A stretch of DNA of 64,000 bases from the human T2T-CHM13v2.0 reference genome, Homo sapiens: assembly GCF_009914755.1 (NCBI RefSeq), contig NC_060937.1. The stretch is one strand, 5' to 3'. The position numbers and the translations under genes were made by a program. Positions 32,453 to 46,744 of this stretch are shown in pieces. Position 1 is the stretch's first letter. Each line of letters begins with the position of its first letter. The notes beneath the pieces are model-generated. The model had not been told where the DNA came from. It made no database searches and was given only the letters and a program-made list of their open reading frames with translations.

Positions 32453-33432
32453 TATACACTCAAACAAATAGAGGGGAAGGGGGAAGGAGGGAGGGAGGGG
32501 AAAAGAAAGGATGAGAGAATTATAAAGCAAATGAGTAAGTTTATAATTATGTCAAAATACATAAGTTATCCCATAAGTTATATTAATAAACATCCCATAA
32601 GTTATATTAATAAATACTTTGAATAATGACACAATTACAAGTGGAGATGATTTCAAATGGCTCAGATTATTGTTGCAGAGGTCATTGATGTCTAAACAAA
32701 TAACTCTGTAAAAGTTGTGATTAGGAGCATGAAAAAATGTCAAGTGGGAAATATATAACAGCAATGGATTAATTCTGCCTTTGACATGGTATGTCATATA
32801 ACATTTCAGATAGTCTGTATATAAGTAAATGTTAGAGGTTCAGTTACAGTTTCTCAGAGTTTATTAAATATATTTCAGGCAGATATTAGAATAGGAAAAA
32901 TGCATATAATGCCCTATAAATGTTCAGATTAATTAATATATAACACATACTACCAAATACTTAAAGATTAAGTCGAAATAGAAATCTGATTCTCTAATAA
33001 CCTCTTCAAATGCTTCCAGTACCACAAGCCATTATCTCTTATAATTATTGTTCTTGGGGCCCCAGTGTAATTTAACAGAATTCAACAATTATTTGTCCAG
33101 TAGCATCTTAGAAAACACCAATGACGGCATGACTTTTAGGTGTCAGAAAATATCCAGACTTAGGGAAATAAATTAAAATATTTTAAATTTCACTATTTAT
33201 TACTTATTCCTCATTGCTCTCATTTTAATACTTACAGTTCCTTATAAATTTACATGAGGACAAACTTTATTAATGTAAAAACCAGAGTTCTGGACTCATT
33301 CGATAATTCACAAACAAGTGCAGAACTACTTACATTTTACATAACAATGAAGACTTTTTCTATCAGAGAAAGTAAAGATATCAGGAATGCTTTTACAATT
33401 AGCTGGCCATGAAAGATAGACAATAGCATTTT

Positions 33433-33775
<343 letters not shown>

Positions 33776-35752
33776 CTATTTGGCCTTAAGAATATAATCA
33801 TGGAGAACGGGGTGGGCAGGTGTTTTTTCTCATGATTAAAATTCTTTTTGAACACTACATCTCTCTTACAGATCCCTCTCATCTGTAATGTTTTCAACAA
33901 CATATGACCATTAAAAACTGACTTCACTGGCTGACAGAAGTTTACAATGTAAACTTTAAAACAAAAGTTATCTTGGTGTTTCACAAGAAATGTACACGAA
34001 CTGTAGTAAATTCTCATCTATTTTATATTACTGTTTATAAAAATAATTTCAAAATATCCTGCTCAAATATTTAGTTCATAAAAATGAAAATCAACACAAA
34101 TAATAACAAAAATCTATAATAATCGTTTTTACTTGTTAGTCTTGGAATTAAAATAATGGATACAAATTACTTGGATTTAGTACATGTTTTTCCTATTATT
34201 CTTTTTTAAAAATCCTCATTTTGCTTGGGAACTATTCTCCATATCAAGGAAGGTAATGTAGATATGGCAAACAAATTCTATGACAGTTAATTATCCACAT
34301 AATGTTAGGAGATATGGGAGTAAAAACATCTATTGTATCATTGAACACAGAAATGAAATACCTTAGTGATAGTCAAGAAACTGAGTCCTAGAGATGGGCT
34401 ATTTTAACATTTTTCTTATTAATTACCTTACATCCTGCTTGTCGAAACAAATAATGTTACTGGCCTCTGCTCATGAATATAAAATAAAGTATTATCACCC
34501 TATCTTCTCACTCGGTAGTAGCTTAGCTCCTCATTCATACAAAACCTGATTCAAAATTGCTGTTATTATTTTAAAACACTCTGAGGCTATTTTGCAACCT
34601 ATTTCACAGTTTTTTAACTCTTTACTCTTTCTTTCTTGCCCTTTCCTAATATGGGAAGTTTCTTTTCCCTTCATCTAAACTAGCTCTCTTAAACTTGTTC
34701 AAACATGGCTCTTTTCCAGTACCTTATTGTTGCAGAGATTTTTCCATTTCAGATCATGTTAGACTTTTATTTGTTCTTATACACATTTTTGATTTTTGAT
34801 TTATTTTGCAATATTAATATAAAAATTAGTCTTCAAAATAGTTATATATATTAACTCTTTGAACTATTTTATGGAAATGCACTTTGTAAAATAAGAGATA
34901 TCCACATTCGGGGAGTGAGAGTGACTAAGACAACCATATATTTATTGAGCAAAGCCTCAGGATGCCTATGGTTTATCAGGAACTGTGGCTCAAGGGAAGA
35001 TGGTCCTGCTTTTTGTCTATAATTTACTGAAGAGACATATTATTAATAATAATGGCACAATAGTCACAAATGGCTCTTTGTACCAAGTTGAAAGGGGTCA
35101 TAGAAGAAGGTGAGTTTTTGTCTGCCTGAGTGCAAAGGGAACGCTTCACATAAGATTAAAAAGATATCGGGGAGAAATTTTATGATAATTTAGTTCACTT
35201 TCTTGAAAAACACAAGCATTGTATTCCTCAGATTCACTGAGGAATACAGTGCTTAAATATGTTGATAATATTTACCCAGTTTATTAGTGATAGTTCAGAA
35301 GTATGACTTGGACCAGAAATCATCTTAAAACCTCAGAAGTTGATAGACACCGGGCAGGATGAGGGATAATTAAAATATGCAGCGTTACATTTATTCTTTA
35401 AGTGGAGATACTGGATGAGCTGGAGAGCAAGCAGAATCTAGGAATCTAGATTATTGTGGGAAATGTTAGCTCGGATTTTTTTTTCATTTACTTTTTTATT
35501 TGGGAAAGTTATCCCAAACAACTGTTTCTCCATAGGCTAAATACATGGTTAACAGTTTGAGCACTGAAAAAGATTTTCAAGCTATACTGTGATTCAACAC
35601 CTTCCTACTCCCTGAGGCTTTATCAAGGACAGGTACTAATAAATGCATATTAATAAAATTAATAAAATAGAAATTAATGCTTTTTGTCATAGCTTTTATT
35701 AAATATCATTTAAGAAAATGCTATTTTATGTATTTACTTTCATAATTTTACC

Positions 35753-36036
35753 TTTTTCTTTTTCTTTTCTTTTTTTTTTTTTTTTTTTGAGATGGAGTCT
35801 CGCTCTGTCGCCCAGGCTGGAGTGCAGTGGCAGGATCTTGGCTCACTACAACTTCTGCCTCCCGGGTAGAACTTCACGCCATTCTCCTGCCTCAGCTTCC
35901 CGAGCATCTGGGACTACAGGTGCCCACCACCACGCCCGGGTAATTTTTCGTATTTTTAGTAGAGACGGGGTTTCACCGTGTTAGCCAGGATGGTCTCAAT
36001 CTCCTGACCTCATGATCTGCCCGCCTCGGCCTCCCA
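35753..36036 (-). mobile_element. AluY-like, lacking about 35 nt of its 5' end
   Basis: ttcacgccattctcctgcc and accgtgttagccaggatggtctc; stops abruptly at cctcggcctccca. Confidence 0.93.
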
Positions 36037-37049
36037 TTATTTTTTTAAGGAGAATTTGTAAGCAATTCTTGGGTATATTTTGTCCCATACACACTTCTAT
36101 AACTGTAGCATAAAAGACTCCAACTAAGACCAACATTACAAGGAATTTGATGATCCTTTTCACAAATGTAGTACATTTTCTTATTAGTAAAATTATATCA
36201 TTTTCACATGTATTGTTTGGACAGTACATAGGCTGTTAGACAACTATTAAGTAGTTTTCTGAAATTATTGATGAGGAATAAATTATCATATTCTATTAGA
36301 AGCCCTACATTCAACAAATCAAAGACTATCTGTGGCCCTCAGATTGAGCTGAGCCTCTTAAAGTTAATCAAATGTCTATAAATCTTTCCTCATAACAAAA
36401 GAGCTGATTGATTCTGTTTCACTTTGAGAAATGACTAGGAGTCCACAAATCCATCACTCAGCACCAATATATAGTTTAGTTGTGAAAGGGCTTCTTTCTT
36501 TCTTTTCCCGCTCATAAAGAGAAAGGGGAAAAATCCCATTTGGCTGGTCAAGGATTTTCCATTTCAAAAGCAATTTGTCCTTTCAGGGCTATCAGCAATA
36601 TGGCTTTTTAAATACCCACCTTTAACTTTGACTCAGCAGTCTTGTTTTACAGGCTGTTCACACAAATTCTACCTAGGGGGACAAAGTATTTCTAAATTTC
36701 TGTGGGGAAGTAGTTTATCTTAGTTATCTCTAAGTTATCAACTGAGTTGTTGAGTACTATTTTGAATTATTTTTTAATATCCCTGATAGTAACTATATGG
36801 AGTTTTAAATTTATGTTTTTATATTCTTCTAATTACATACAAACTTTTTTAAATAGTGGAATTTATGCTGCAATTTACAAACTGACTTCATTTTTGTAAA
36901 TTCTGAATGCTATTTTCTACTTGAATATACTATATTAACATTATGCAGAAAATTCAGTTATAAAGATGTTTGTTGTTACTATCTTTTACGTTTTAATTTT
37001 GCTTTTAACAAAATTATATTTTGTTGTTCTATATATTAGTCACTTTTTT

Positions 37050-40000
37050 AATATCAATTTTTACTGTCTATACTTGAGCTTTACAATATGATGTTACAGG
37101 ATACATAGTAAAATGGTTACTACAGAGAGGTAGATTAACATATCTAACAACTCACACTACTTATTTTGTGAGAAGAGCAGCTAAACTATACTTTATATAA
37201 TAAAAATTCCTCATAAAATACTATTTCATTAACCTTAATTCTAACGCTGTACAGTAGATCTCTAGTCTTGTTTATCTTACATATCTGCAGTTTGGTATCC
37301 TTTGACCTACATCTCCCTATTTTCTGCCCCCACCACTTGTGGTAACCACTGTTTCAAACTCTGTATCAGTGTTTTTAGGCTCTTTTAAAAAAATATTCCA
37401 CAGATAAGTGAGATCACGCAATATTTTTCTTTCTGTGTCTGGCTTACTTTACTTACCCTAATGTCCTTCAGGTGCATTCATGATATGGCAAACGGCAAGA
37501 TCTACTTTTTTAAGGCTGATCATTTGCTTTATCCATTTGTCCATCAATGAGCATTTAATATGTTTCTATGTTTTGGCTATTTTGAATAATCTTGCTATGC
37601 ACACGGGAAAGCAGATCTTTTTAAAAGGAGGTGATTTCAACTCCTTTTAGTATATACCCAAAAAAGGGATTGCTGGGTCATATGCTATTGTATTTTTAAT
37701 TTATTTAGGAACTTCCATTCTGTTTTTCATAATGGCTGTACCGATCTACATTCCCACCAACAGTGCACTAAGGTTCCTTTCTCTCTACACTCTCACCAAT
37801 ACTCATCATTATGGGTGTGAGGTGATAGCTCACAGTGGTTTTAATTTACAATTCCCTATGATTAGTGATTTTGGGCACCTTTACGTATGCCTATTGGCCA
37901 TTTGTATGTCTTCTTTGAAGAAATGTCTGTTCAGATTCTTTGCCCATTTTTTAACTGGGTTATTTATTTTTCTGCTATTGAGCTGTAAATGTTTATATAT
38001 ATATATATATTTTGGATATTAACCTCTTACCAGATATGTGATTTACAATTATTTTTCCTCAGTCCATAGGTTACTTTTTTATTTTGTTGGCTGCTTCCTT
38101 TGCTGTGTAGAAGCTTTTTAATTTGATGTAGTCCTATTTATTTAATTTTGCTTTTATAGCCTGAACTTTTGATGTGATTTTCAATAAACCAATGCCAAGG
38201 TCAATGTCAAGGAGTTTTCTCCTAAGTTGTCTTCTAGAAGTTTTATTATTTTAAGTCTTACCTCTAGCTCTTTTATCCATTTTGGGTTGATCTTTGGGTG
38301 TGGTTTAAAATAAAAGTCCAATTTTATTATTTTGCATATGGAAATCCAGTTTTCCAAGCATCATTTATTGAAGAGACTAACTATTCCCCTTGGTGTTCTC
38401 TTGGTGTTCTTGCTAAAAATTAGTTGACCATAATATATGTTTGAATTTTTTCTTGATTCTCTATTTATTTCCATTGTTCTATATTTCTGTTTATATGCAG
38501 TATCATACTTTTGCAGTTACTATCACTTTGTAATATAATTTTACATCAGGTAGTGTGATGCTTCCAATTTTTCTTTTTTTGGCTCTTCAAGTTTTCTTAT
38601 TTTTTTGTGGTTCCCTATGAATTTGAAGACTGTTTCTTCTATTTCTGTGAAGAATGCCATTGCAATTTTAATAAGGATTCCATAAATCTGTATGGCTGGT
38701 ATGGACATTTTAACAATATTGATTCTTCCCATTCATGAACACAGGATACCTTTCCATTTATTTGTGTCTTCTTCAATTTCTGTCATTAAAGGTTTATAGC
38801 TTACAGTGTACAAATCTTTTCCCTTCTTGGTTAAGTTTATTTGATGATGTTTTTATGTGATTATATGTGATACTGTGTTCTTGATTTCTTTTTCAGTTAA
38901 GTCATTTTTTGTGCATAGAACTGCTACTGATTTTTCCATGTTGATTTTGTAACATGCAACTTTGCTGAATTTGTTAAGTGGTTTTAACAAGTTTTTGTTA
39001 AATATTTGAGGATTTTTACATATAGGATTATGTTATTCACAAACAGAAGTAATTTTATTTCCTTTTTCTGATTTGGATGCCTTTTATTTCCTTTTATTAT
39101 CTGATTTCTCTGACTAATCCTTCCAATACTATGTTGATGGAAGTGGTGAGACTGAGAATCTCTGCCTTATGTGGGAACTCAGTAAGAAAACTTTCAGTTG
39201 TTCTCATTCATTATGATGTTAGCTGTGGGTTTTTCATAAATAGATTTTATTCTGTTAAGAAAATTTTCTCCTATACCAAAACTGTTACAAGTTTTGTTTT
39301 TTTTTTTAAATCAAGAAAAGGGCTGAACTTTGTCAAATGCTTTTCCTGCATTGATTGAGATGATCATGTAGTTTGTATTCTCACATTCCATTAATGTGAT
39401 ATTATCACATTGGTTTGCATGTTAAACTTGCCTTGTTTGCCAGGCATAAATTCCACATGACAATTACGTATAATCTTTTTGATGTGTTTTCAAATTCAGT
39501 TTGCTAATACTCCATTCAGGATTTTTACAATGGATGTTCATCAGAGCTATTGGCTTATAGTTTTATTTTCTTGTGATGTCTTTGGTTTATAGATTAAGGA
39601 GATGTTGGCCTCATAAAACGTGTTTGGAAATATTTCCTCTAGCTTTGTTTTTGGAAGAGCTTAAGAAGTATTGGTAATAACTTTCTTTGAATGTTTGGTA
39701 GAATTCAGCTATGAAGCCATCTGGCCCTGGGTTGTCTTTGTTGGGAGGTTTTTAATTACTTCTTTAATCTATTTATTTGTTATTAGTTCTGTTCAGACTT
39801 TGTATTTATTCTTTTTTATTTTTATTTTATTATTATGATTATTATACTTTAAGTTTTAGGGTACATGTGCACAACGTGCAGGTTTGTTACATATGTATAC
39901 ATGTGCCATGTTGGTGTGCTGCACCCATTAACTTGTTATTTAGCATTAGGTATGTCACCTAATGCTATCCCTCCTCCCTCCCCCCACCCACAACAGTCCC

Positions 40001-40435
40001 CTGTGTGTGATGTTCCCCTTCCTGTGTCCATGTGTTCTCATTGTTCAATTCCCACCTATGAGTAAGAACATGGGGTGTTTGGTTTTTTGTCCTTGCGATA
40101 GTTTGCTGAGAATTATGGTTTCCAGCTTCATCCATGTCCCTACAAAGGACATGAACTCATCATTTTTTATGGCTGCATAGTATTCCCTGGTGTATATGTG
40201 CCATATTTTCTTAATCCAGTCTATCATTGTTGGACATTTTGGTTGGTTCCAAGTCTTTGCTATTGTGAATAGTGCCACAATTCTTGATTTAATCTTGGCA
40301 GGTTGTATTTTTCTGGGGATATATCTGTTTCTTCTATGTTGTCTAATTTCTTGACACATAATTGTTCATAATAGTCCCTTATAATCCTTTTTATTTCTGA
40401 GGCATTCGTTGTAATGTCTCCACTTTAATTTTCTA
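37050..40435 (-). mobile_element. L1MA element of about 2.9 kb, interrupted by a younger L1PA
   Basis: Antisense 3' UTR (cagtagatctctagtcttgtttatctt) and ORF2 (ORF 38541: [11 protein letters not shown]). Confidence 0.9.
39814..40281 (-). mobile_element. Short L1PA4/5-like 3' end nested in the L1MA, TSD attctt
   Basis: Young L1 3' UTR and ORF2 end; attctt at 39808-39813 and 40280-40285; TTCTT/GA endonuclease-type site. Confidence 0.93.
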
Positions 40436-40672
40436 GTCACTCTTAACTATACATTGAATTAAATAGAGTATAATATTTGTTCTTTTTGCTCATAGAGTAT
40501 AGATATATTAATACATACAGTACATAAACAGATATTCAGTATACTTATAATAAAATTTCCTGAAGGGACATTGAAAAAAAATGTTTTAACAGGGTTTTAG
40601 GGAATTACAACAAAAAGAAAAAAAAGTCAAAAATAGCTGCTTAAGGAAAAAAAAATCACTTATGGTTTCTAC

Positions 40673-40898
40673 CTTTTTTTTTTTTTTTTTTTTGATACAG
40701 GATCTCACCTTGTCATCTAGGCTGGAGTTCAGTGGTATGAACATGGCTCACTGCAGCCTTGACCTCCCAAGCTCAAGCAATCCTTCCACCTTAGCTAACT
40801 CCCCAAGGGACTATAGGCAACTACCACTACATCTAGCTAATTTTTGTATTTTTAGTAGAGAAGGGGTCTCACTATCTGACCCAGGCTGATCACAAACC
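40673..40898 (-). mobile_element. AluJ-like partial element
   Basis: Poly(T), catggctcactgcagccttgacctcccaagctcaagcaatcctt; left arm truncated. Confidence 0.88.
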
Positions 40899-41265
40899 AT
40901 TTTTTTTTCTATACTAAGACCTAAGAAAGGAATGGACTGAAAATATAATTATTCACCAATGTTCCAGTTGATGAAGTTTATTTTTAAAAAAAGAATTAAG
41001 GAAAAATAAATTTACACTTTTATTAATGCTAAATAGTGAAGCTTAAAATAATTTATGATATAATAGTTTACATTTAGAATTATTTATTTGATTAAGATTC
41101 ACAAGATTATTTTCCCCTAAGACGCTATGTCTATGATTTGGAATATTGCCCCCAGATGGAATGGGATATCTGAGTTATTATATAGGTAGATCAGAAAGAA
41201 ATCTTCCATTCATAATTAACTAAGTCTTAGTATGTTGACCATTATTCCAGATAGCCATGCGTTTT

Positions 41266-42067
41266 TCCATGATCTGAATGTTTGTGTACTCTCACTACCC
41301 CCAAATTTATGATTTGAAATCCTGTGGTTCTGTGGGTTGGATAGGAACCACAAGGTGATGGTATTAAGAGCTTAAGCCTTTGGGAAGTGATTGGATAATG
41401 AGTCTAGAGCCCTCTAAATAAAATTAGTACCATTCTAAGGAGGCCTGAAGGAGCTAAGATACCCAACATTGAGGACACAACTTGTAGGTATCATCTGTGA
41501 ACTAGCGATATGGTTTGGGTCTGTGTCCCTGCCCAAATCTCATATTGAATGTAATCCCAAGTTTTGGAGGTGGGCCTGGTGGGAGGTGATTGGATCAAGA
41601 GGGTGGTTTCTCATGAGTGGTTTAGCACTATCTCCTTGGTGCTGTTTTCATGATGATGTGTGAGTTCTCATGAGATCTGGTTGTTTAAAAGTGTGTGGCA
41701 TCTCCCCAACTCTTCTTGCTCCTGCTTCTGCCATGTGAGACACCTCACACCCCCTTTGCCTTCCAGCATGATTTGAAGCTTCCTGAGTCCTCCCCAGAGG
41801 CAGAAGCTGCTATGCTTCCTATACAACCCACAGAACCACAAACCAATTAATCCTCTTTTCTATATAAATTACCCAATCTCAGGTATTTACTTATAGCAGT
41901 GTGATAACAGGCTAATACAACCAGGAAGAGTCTCTCACCAGACGATGAACTGCTAGGGACTTGATCATGCACTTGCAGTTTCCAGTACTGTGAGAAATAA
42001 ATTTCTGTTGTTTCTAAACTATCCAGTTTATGACATTTTGTTATAGTAACACAAACAGACTAAGACA
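41266..42067 (+). mobile_element. MLT1A-like MaLR LTR split by a nested MST LTR
   Basis: atgatctgaatgtttgtgt start; tgtgagaaataaatttctgttgtt...cagactaagaca end. Confidence 0.85.
41506..41919 (+). mobile_element. MSTA/MSTB-like MaLR solo LTR
   Basis: gatatggtttgggtctgtgtccctgcccaaatctcat...ctaataca; 5-bp TSD actag/accag. Confidence 0.9.
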
Positions 42068-45000
42068 GTTTCCTAGAAAAAGGTGACATTAAAATAATTA
42101 TTTATTAGTATTAGTTATTAATATTAATATGTATTGTCTAACCTCTAGAAGGAAGTGAAGGTTAGCTTGTCATGGCTTCTTCTACCCATCTCAATTCCCA
42201 TTTTCCCAATTCCAAAGAAAAAGAGTCCCAAAAAAGTCAAGGAAACTATACCTCCACATAAATATAGTTTCAGTTTTGACTAAGAGGAGAAAATTGATTT
42301 AATTTCAATGTAGAATCTTTCTCTCTCTCTCTTTCTCCGTCTACTAATAATTTTTTCTCCATCTTTTCCTCATTACTTTGCATTCTTTTTGAGATATATC
42401 TCTTTTAAAGCTCTTTTACCAAATAATTTTCTTCAATATCTGGTGAAGTAATATATCTAAGAAACACTACTCACTTAATAATTATTCACCATCCCATCAT
42501 CTTCCGTAACTGTCCGCTATTTATTTGGAATTCAAATTCAAACTAGGGTTATACCAGGGGAAAGTTACAGGTAACTGGTTTTAAAAGCTGAATTCACGTT
42601 TTAAGTCTTAAGCTAGATGAGCAAAAGAGAGCCAAAAAAATGTTCAAAGCAAGTTCCAGCTGAGTTCATTAGGGAATAGACTACAGAGGAGTTGGCAAAC
42701 ATGTTCCTCCTTAGAATAAGTATGTGCATATGTCTGAGGTGCCTTCTGTGCACCCATCAGCCAATAGAGTAACAGGGCTGGCTGTAGCCACAGCATACAG
42801 CTGGCTGACAATTCAGGGGTTGAAGAAACTGGCCAAATCTTTTTCTCAGGAGACATGACTGACATCTGGCACAGCTTGGCAAGCTTAAGGGAGCATCCTT
42901 GCAGTGGACTCAAGCAGGAACTTCAAACTTCAAAAGCAGCTGCATCTCTAAAACAACCAGCCCTTTACATACAGGAAAATGCCTGAATTGCTAGACCATG
43001 TTTCACTACTTTATTTTTTAATTATTCCTTGGTTTTTTTAGGACTAGGGAAACTGATTTGAGACTCGAATTACAGGTTAGTGAATATTTTCATATATACC
43101 TAGAAAGTAAATCATATATAAAGCCATATCAAGATCAATTTCAACTAAATAGAAAGAACATATGCATGAATAATGGATCGTCCATGATTTTGAGCAAGCA
43201 GAAAATAATCTTAGCTTAAGAAATAAGGTTAAATTATATTCTGTTTGAAATAGACAAAGCTTGGTGGTATAAGCATTGAGCTTGATTTTGCTGGGCTCTG
43301 GTAATTCAATTTCCTTCTTCTGTCCTCTAATTCAGCCTTGGCTCAAAGCCTTGCATTATAAAGAAGAAAAGTCATTCAACTTGGCTGGAATATTCGTGTT
43401 AAATTTGAGAGTTCACATGTTAAAATATTTCAGAGGATTAAAATAACAAAATGGGCTATGATGAGAGCAAGGAGACTTTAGGGCTAGTGAGCCCCAGATT
43501 ATAAAAACAAAATAAAATTTCTGTAATATTTAGACATTTGCCCACTGCTGAAATATCCTAAATATTACAGAAATTTTGTTTTTTTTTCCAAGAAAGGCAT
43601 AGAGAATTCAGCAGATCCTTATTTCACATAGTGGGCCATTTGCTAATGAATCAGTTTACATTAGAAATATTTCCCTTTTAGTCTCATTTTTTATTTGAAT
43701 TGATTATTATTTTTTTGAATATTGGTTAACAGATAAACTAAAATTTATCAGGACTTCTGAATTTTGAGTGGCTCCCTACCTCCAAATCTCCCTACCTAGA
43801 ATATAGGAGAAACAGGATTTATTATTATTATTATTTAAGCCTTAAACTAGAGAGGGAAACACAATTTTCATGATTTATATCTTGACCTAAGTATTGCACA
43901 ATTTAAACTAGAATATGTAGAACAGTTCTCAAAAAATAATAAAATGTTCCCTTTCAAGTAGCATAAACTATACCTGTAACCTCTTTAGAAGTAATTGGAT
44001 GGAGGAAAAGCAGGGGGAGGCTTTCTTCTTTCTCCCTTTAGATGTTGCCAAGGCGGCACATGCAATTTGCTATTGCCATAAGCCATCTTACAAATGTGAA
44101 TAAAGATGCTGTAATACACTGAGGCTGGAAGGGTTCAAATATAGATCACACCAGGTACTTGCTTATTGAATCAATGAATGAATCTCAGAAACTTTCCAGA
44201 TGTCATTGTATTATCTAAGTAAATAGCTTCACAGTTTAATCCAATATTAATTTTGTCTGTGTTACTTGCAGTAAAAAGCATCTTGATACATCTAGGAAAG
44301 ATGTGTTTCAAGACAGAAAGAGTGTTTTACTACACTAAATGATATTGAGAAGCCACTGAAGCAGCCAGTCAAGAAGTAAAAGACTGTCTTTAGAAAGATG
44401 ATTATACCAGGGAAGGGGTCCCTGATCTCGGCACATGTGAATGCTGAGCTGGCAGGATAGGCCTGGAACCAAGGTACTGCCATATATTAATATTTAAGAC
44501 AATATTATTATGAAAGCATTCCAAGATAAAATATTTGTAAAATAGGTATTTGCAAATTAGCTACATTGGCCCATTGATAAATTTCAACATCTGCCAAATA
44601 TACTTGGAAAATATTTTCTAGAATTTTTTTTTGTTATTTTCTACTTTGAAGAAGTTTATTTCAGCTATTTTTTTCTGATACTGATTCGAGAGAAGGGCAG
44701 GTTTTCATTGGAGCAGCTCTAGGTTTAGATTTTTTTAAATGATTATTTTTGTCTTATAAGGCACATATTTTCTGTCTTTATTTTACAGTGGAATTGAGAG
44801 TTAGAAAGATATACATACAACTCATTTATAAGTCATTGAACTTACCAAAATATTTTTTAAAGGAGAACAAAATTATGTACTATTACAATAGTTCAAAGCC
44901 ATTTCCTCAAACCTCTTTCTACTGACTTTGGAAGGCTTTTTCATGGGCATCTTTTTTTAGTTGGGGAGGAGACATTTGTGTGTAGGGGGAGCTACAAGTA

Positions 45001-45840
45001 CGTATTTGTTCTAAGGCTCTCAACTCAGCTATTTCATTATTACACAATCAGAGACAAAGTCTAATAAAAATTCAAATGAAAACTTTTTCTTACCTCACAC
45101 AGGCTATTCACTACTGATGAAGAACAAACACAATTATGAATAGAGATAATCTCATTGACTTATCATACATTAAACTTAGACAAGAAATCCTTTCCTCAAG
45201 TGTATTTTATGCACTCGTGATTAATTAAGTACCTACAGCACATAACTGGAGACCTCAATTGTCAAACGATAAAGTAAAGAAAATATCAATGGTATACAAT
45301 TTTTTAAAAAAAAGAAAAATACATGTAGTTAATTTTAATAAAAACATCCTAATTTATGAAAATTTTTTTATTTATAATTCTACTCAAATATTATTTCCTC
45401 ACTGAAGTCCTTTTATTGTCCTGAGCACAGTGTCACCCTTAAGACTTTTCCACATCTAACTAAACACATTGCATTAATTGTGAAAGAAGCGTATATCATT
45501 GTGTTGTGGTTAGATTTTATGTCTATGTTTGTTCAATGGATTACTATAATGAATACATGGTAAATAGATACATCAAATATAACAGTGAGTAAGTGAATCG
45601 GAATTGAGAACTTTGTAATCTGAGAGTCACTAAGTAAGCTCCCTTACAACTACATTTAAAATATTCAAGAACAGATAGTTTTAAAAAGATAACAATTCAA
45701 ATGTAGCATTTTACACCAATGCCTGTAAGCCAAAAATTACCGCTACTTCAGTTGAAATACAGTCATACATTATTTGAATACATAATTTCTCTCAGCTTCC
45801 AGTAAATGGTGACTCACAAGTCACATTTATACAATGAAGT

Positions 45841-46744
45841 AAAGAACAAACTGTTTTCTGGCTGCATAAATGTCTTCTTTTGAGAAGTGTCTGTTCATAT
45901 CCTTCGCCCACTTTTTGATGGGATTGTTTGTTTTTTTCTTGTAAAAACACATGAAAAAATGCTCATCATCATTGGCCATCAGAGAAATGCAAATCAAAAC
46001 CACAATGAGATACCATCTCACACCAGTTAGAATGGAAATCATTAAAAAGTCAGGAAACAACAGGTGCTGGAGAGGATGTGGAGAAATAGGAACAATTTTA
46101 CACTGTTGGTGGGACTGTAAACTAGTTCAACCATTGTGGAAGTCAGTGTGGAAATTCCTCAGGGATCTAGAACTAGAAATACCATTTGACCCAGCCATCC
46201 CATTACTGGGTATATACCCAAAGGATTATAAATCATGCTGCTATAAAGACACATGCACGCGTATGTTTATAGCGGCACTATTCACAATAGCAAAGACTTG
46301 GAACCAACCTAAATGTCCAACAACGATAGACTGCATTAAGAAAATGTGGCACATATACACCATGGAATACTATGCAGCCATAAAAAATGATGAGTTCATG
46401 TCCTTTGTAGGGACATGGATAAAACTGGAAACCATTATTCTCAGCAAACTATTGCAAGGACAAAAAACCAAACACCGCATGTTCTCACTTACAGGTGGGA
46501 AATGAATAATGAGAACACATGGACACAGGAAGAGGAACATCACACACCAGGGACTGTTGTGGGGTGGGGAGAGGGGGGAGGGATAGCATTAGGAGATATA
46601 CCTAATGCTAAATGACGAGTTAATGGGTGCAGCACACCAACATGGCACATGTATACGTATGTAACAAACCTGCACGTTGTGCACATGTACCCTAAAACTT
46701 AAAGTATAATAATAATAAAATTTAAAAAAAAAAAGAACAAAGTG
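45841..46744 (+). mobile_element. L1PA4/5-like element with 5' inversion and TSD aaagaacaaa(c/g)tg
   Basis: Antisense L1 at about 45852-45945, sense ORF2 end (ORF 45951-46505), 3' UTR, poly(A); TSD at 45841-45853 and 46732-46744. Confidence 0.96.

Noticed and set aside
32568-32615. Tandem duplication atcccataagttatattaataaa
   Set aside because: Ordinary two-copy slippage; no spacer structure, so not CRISPR-like.
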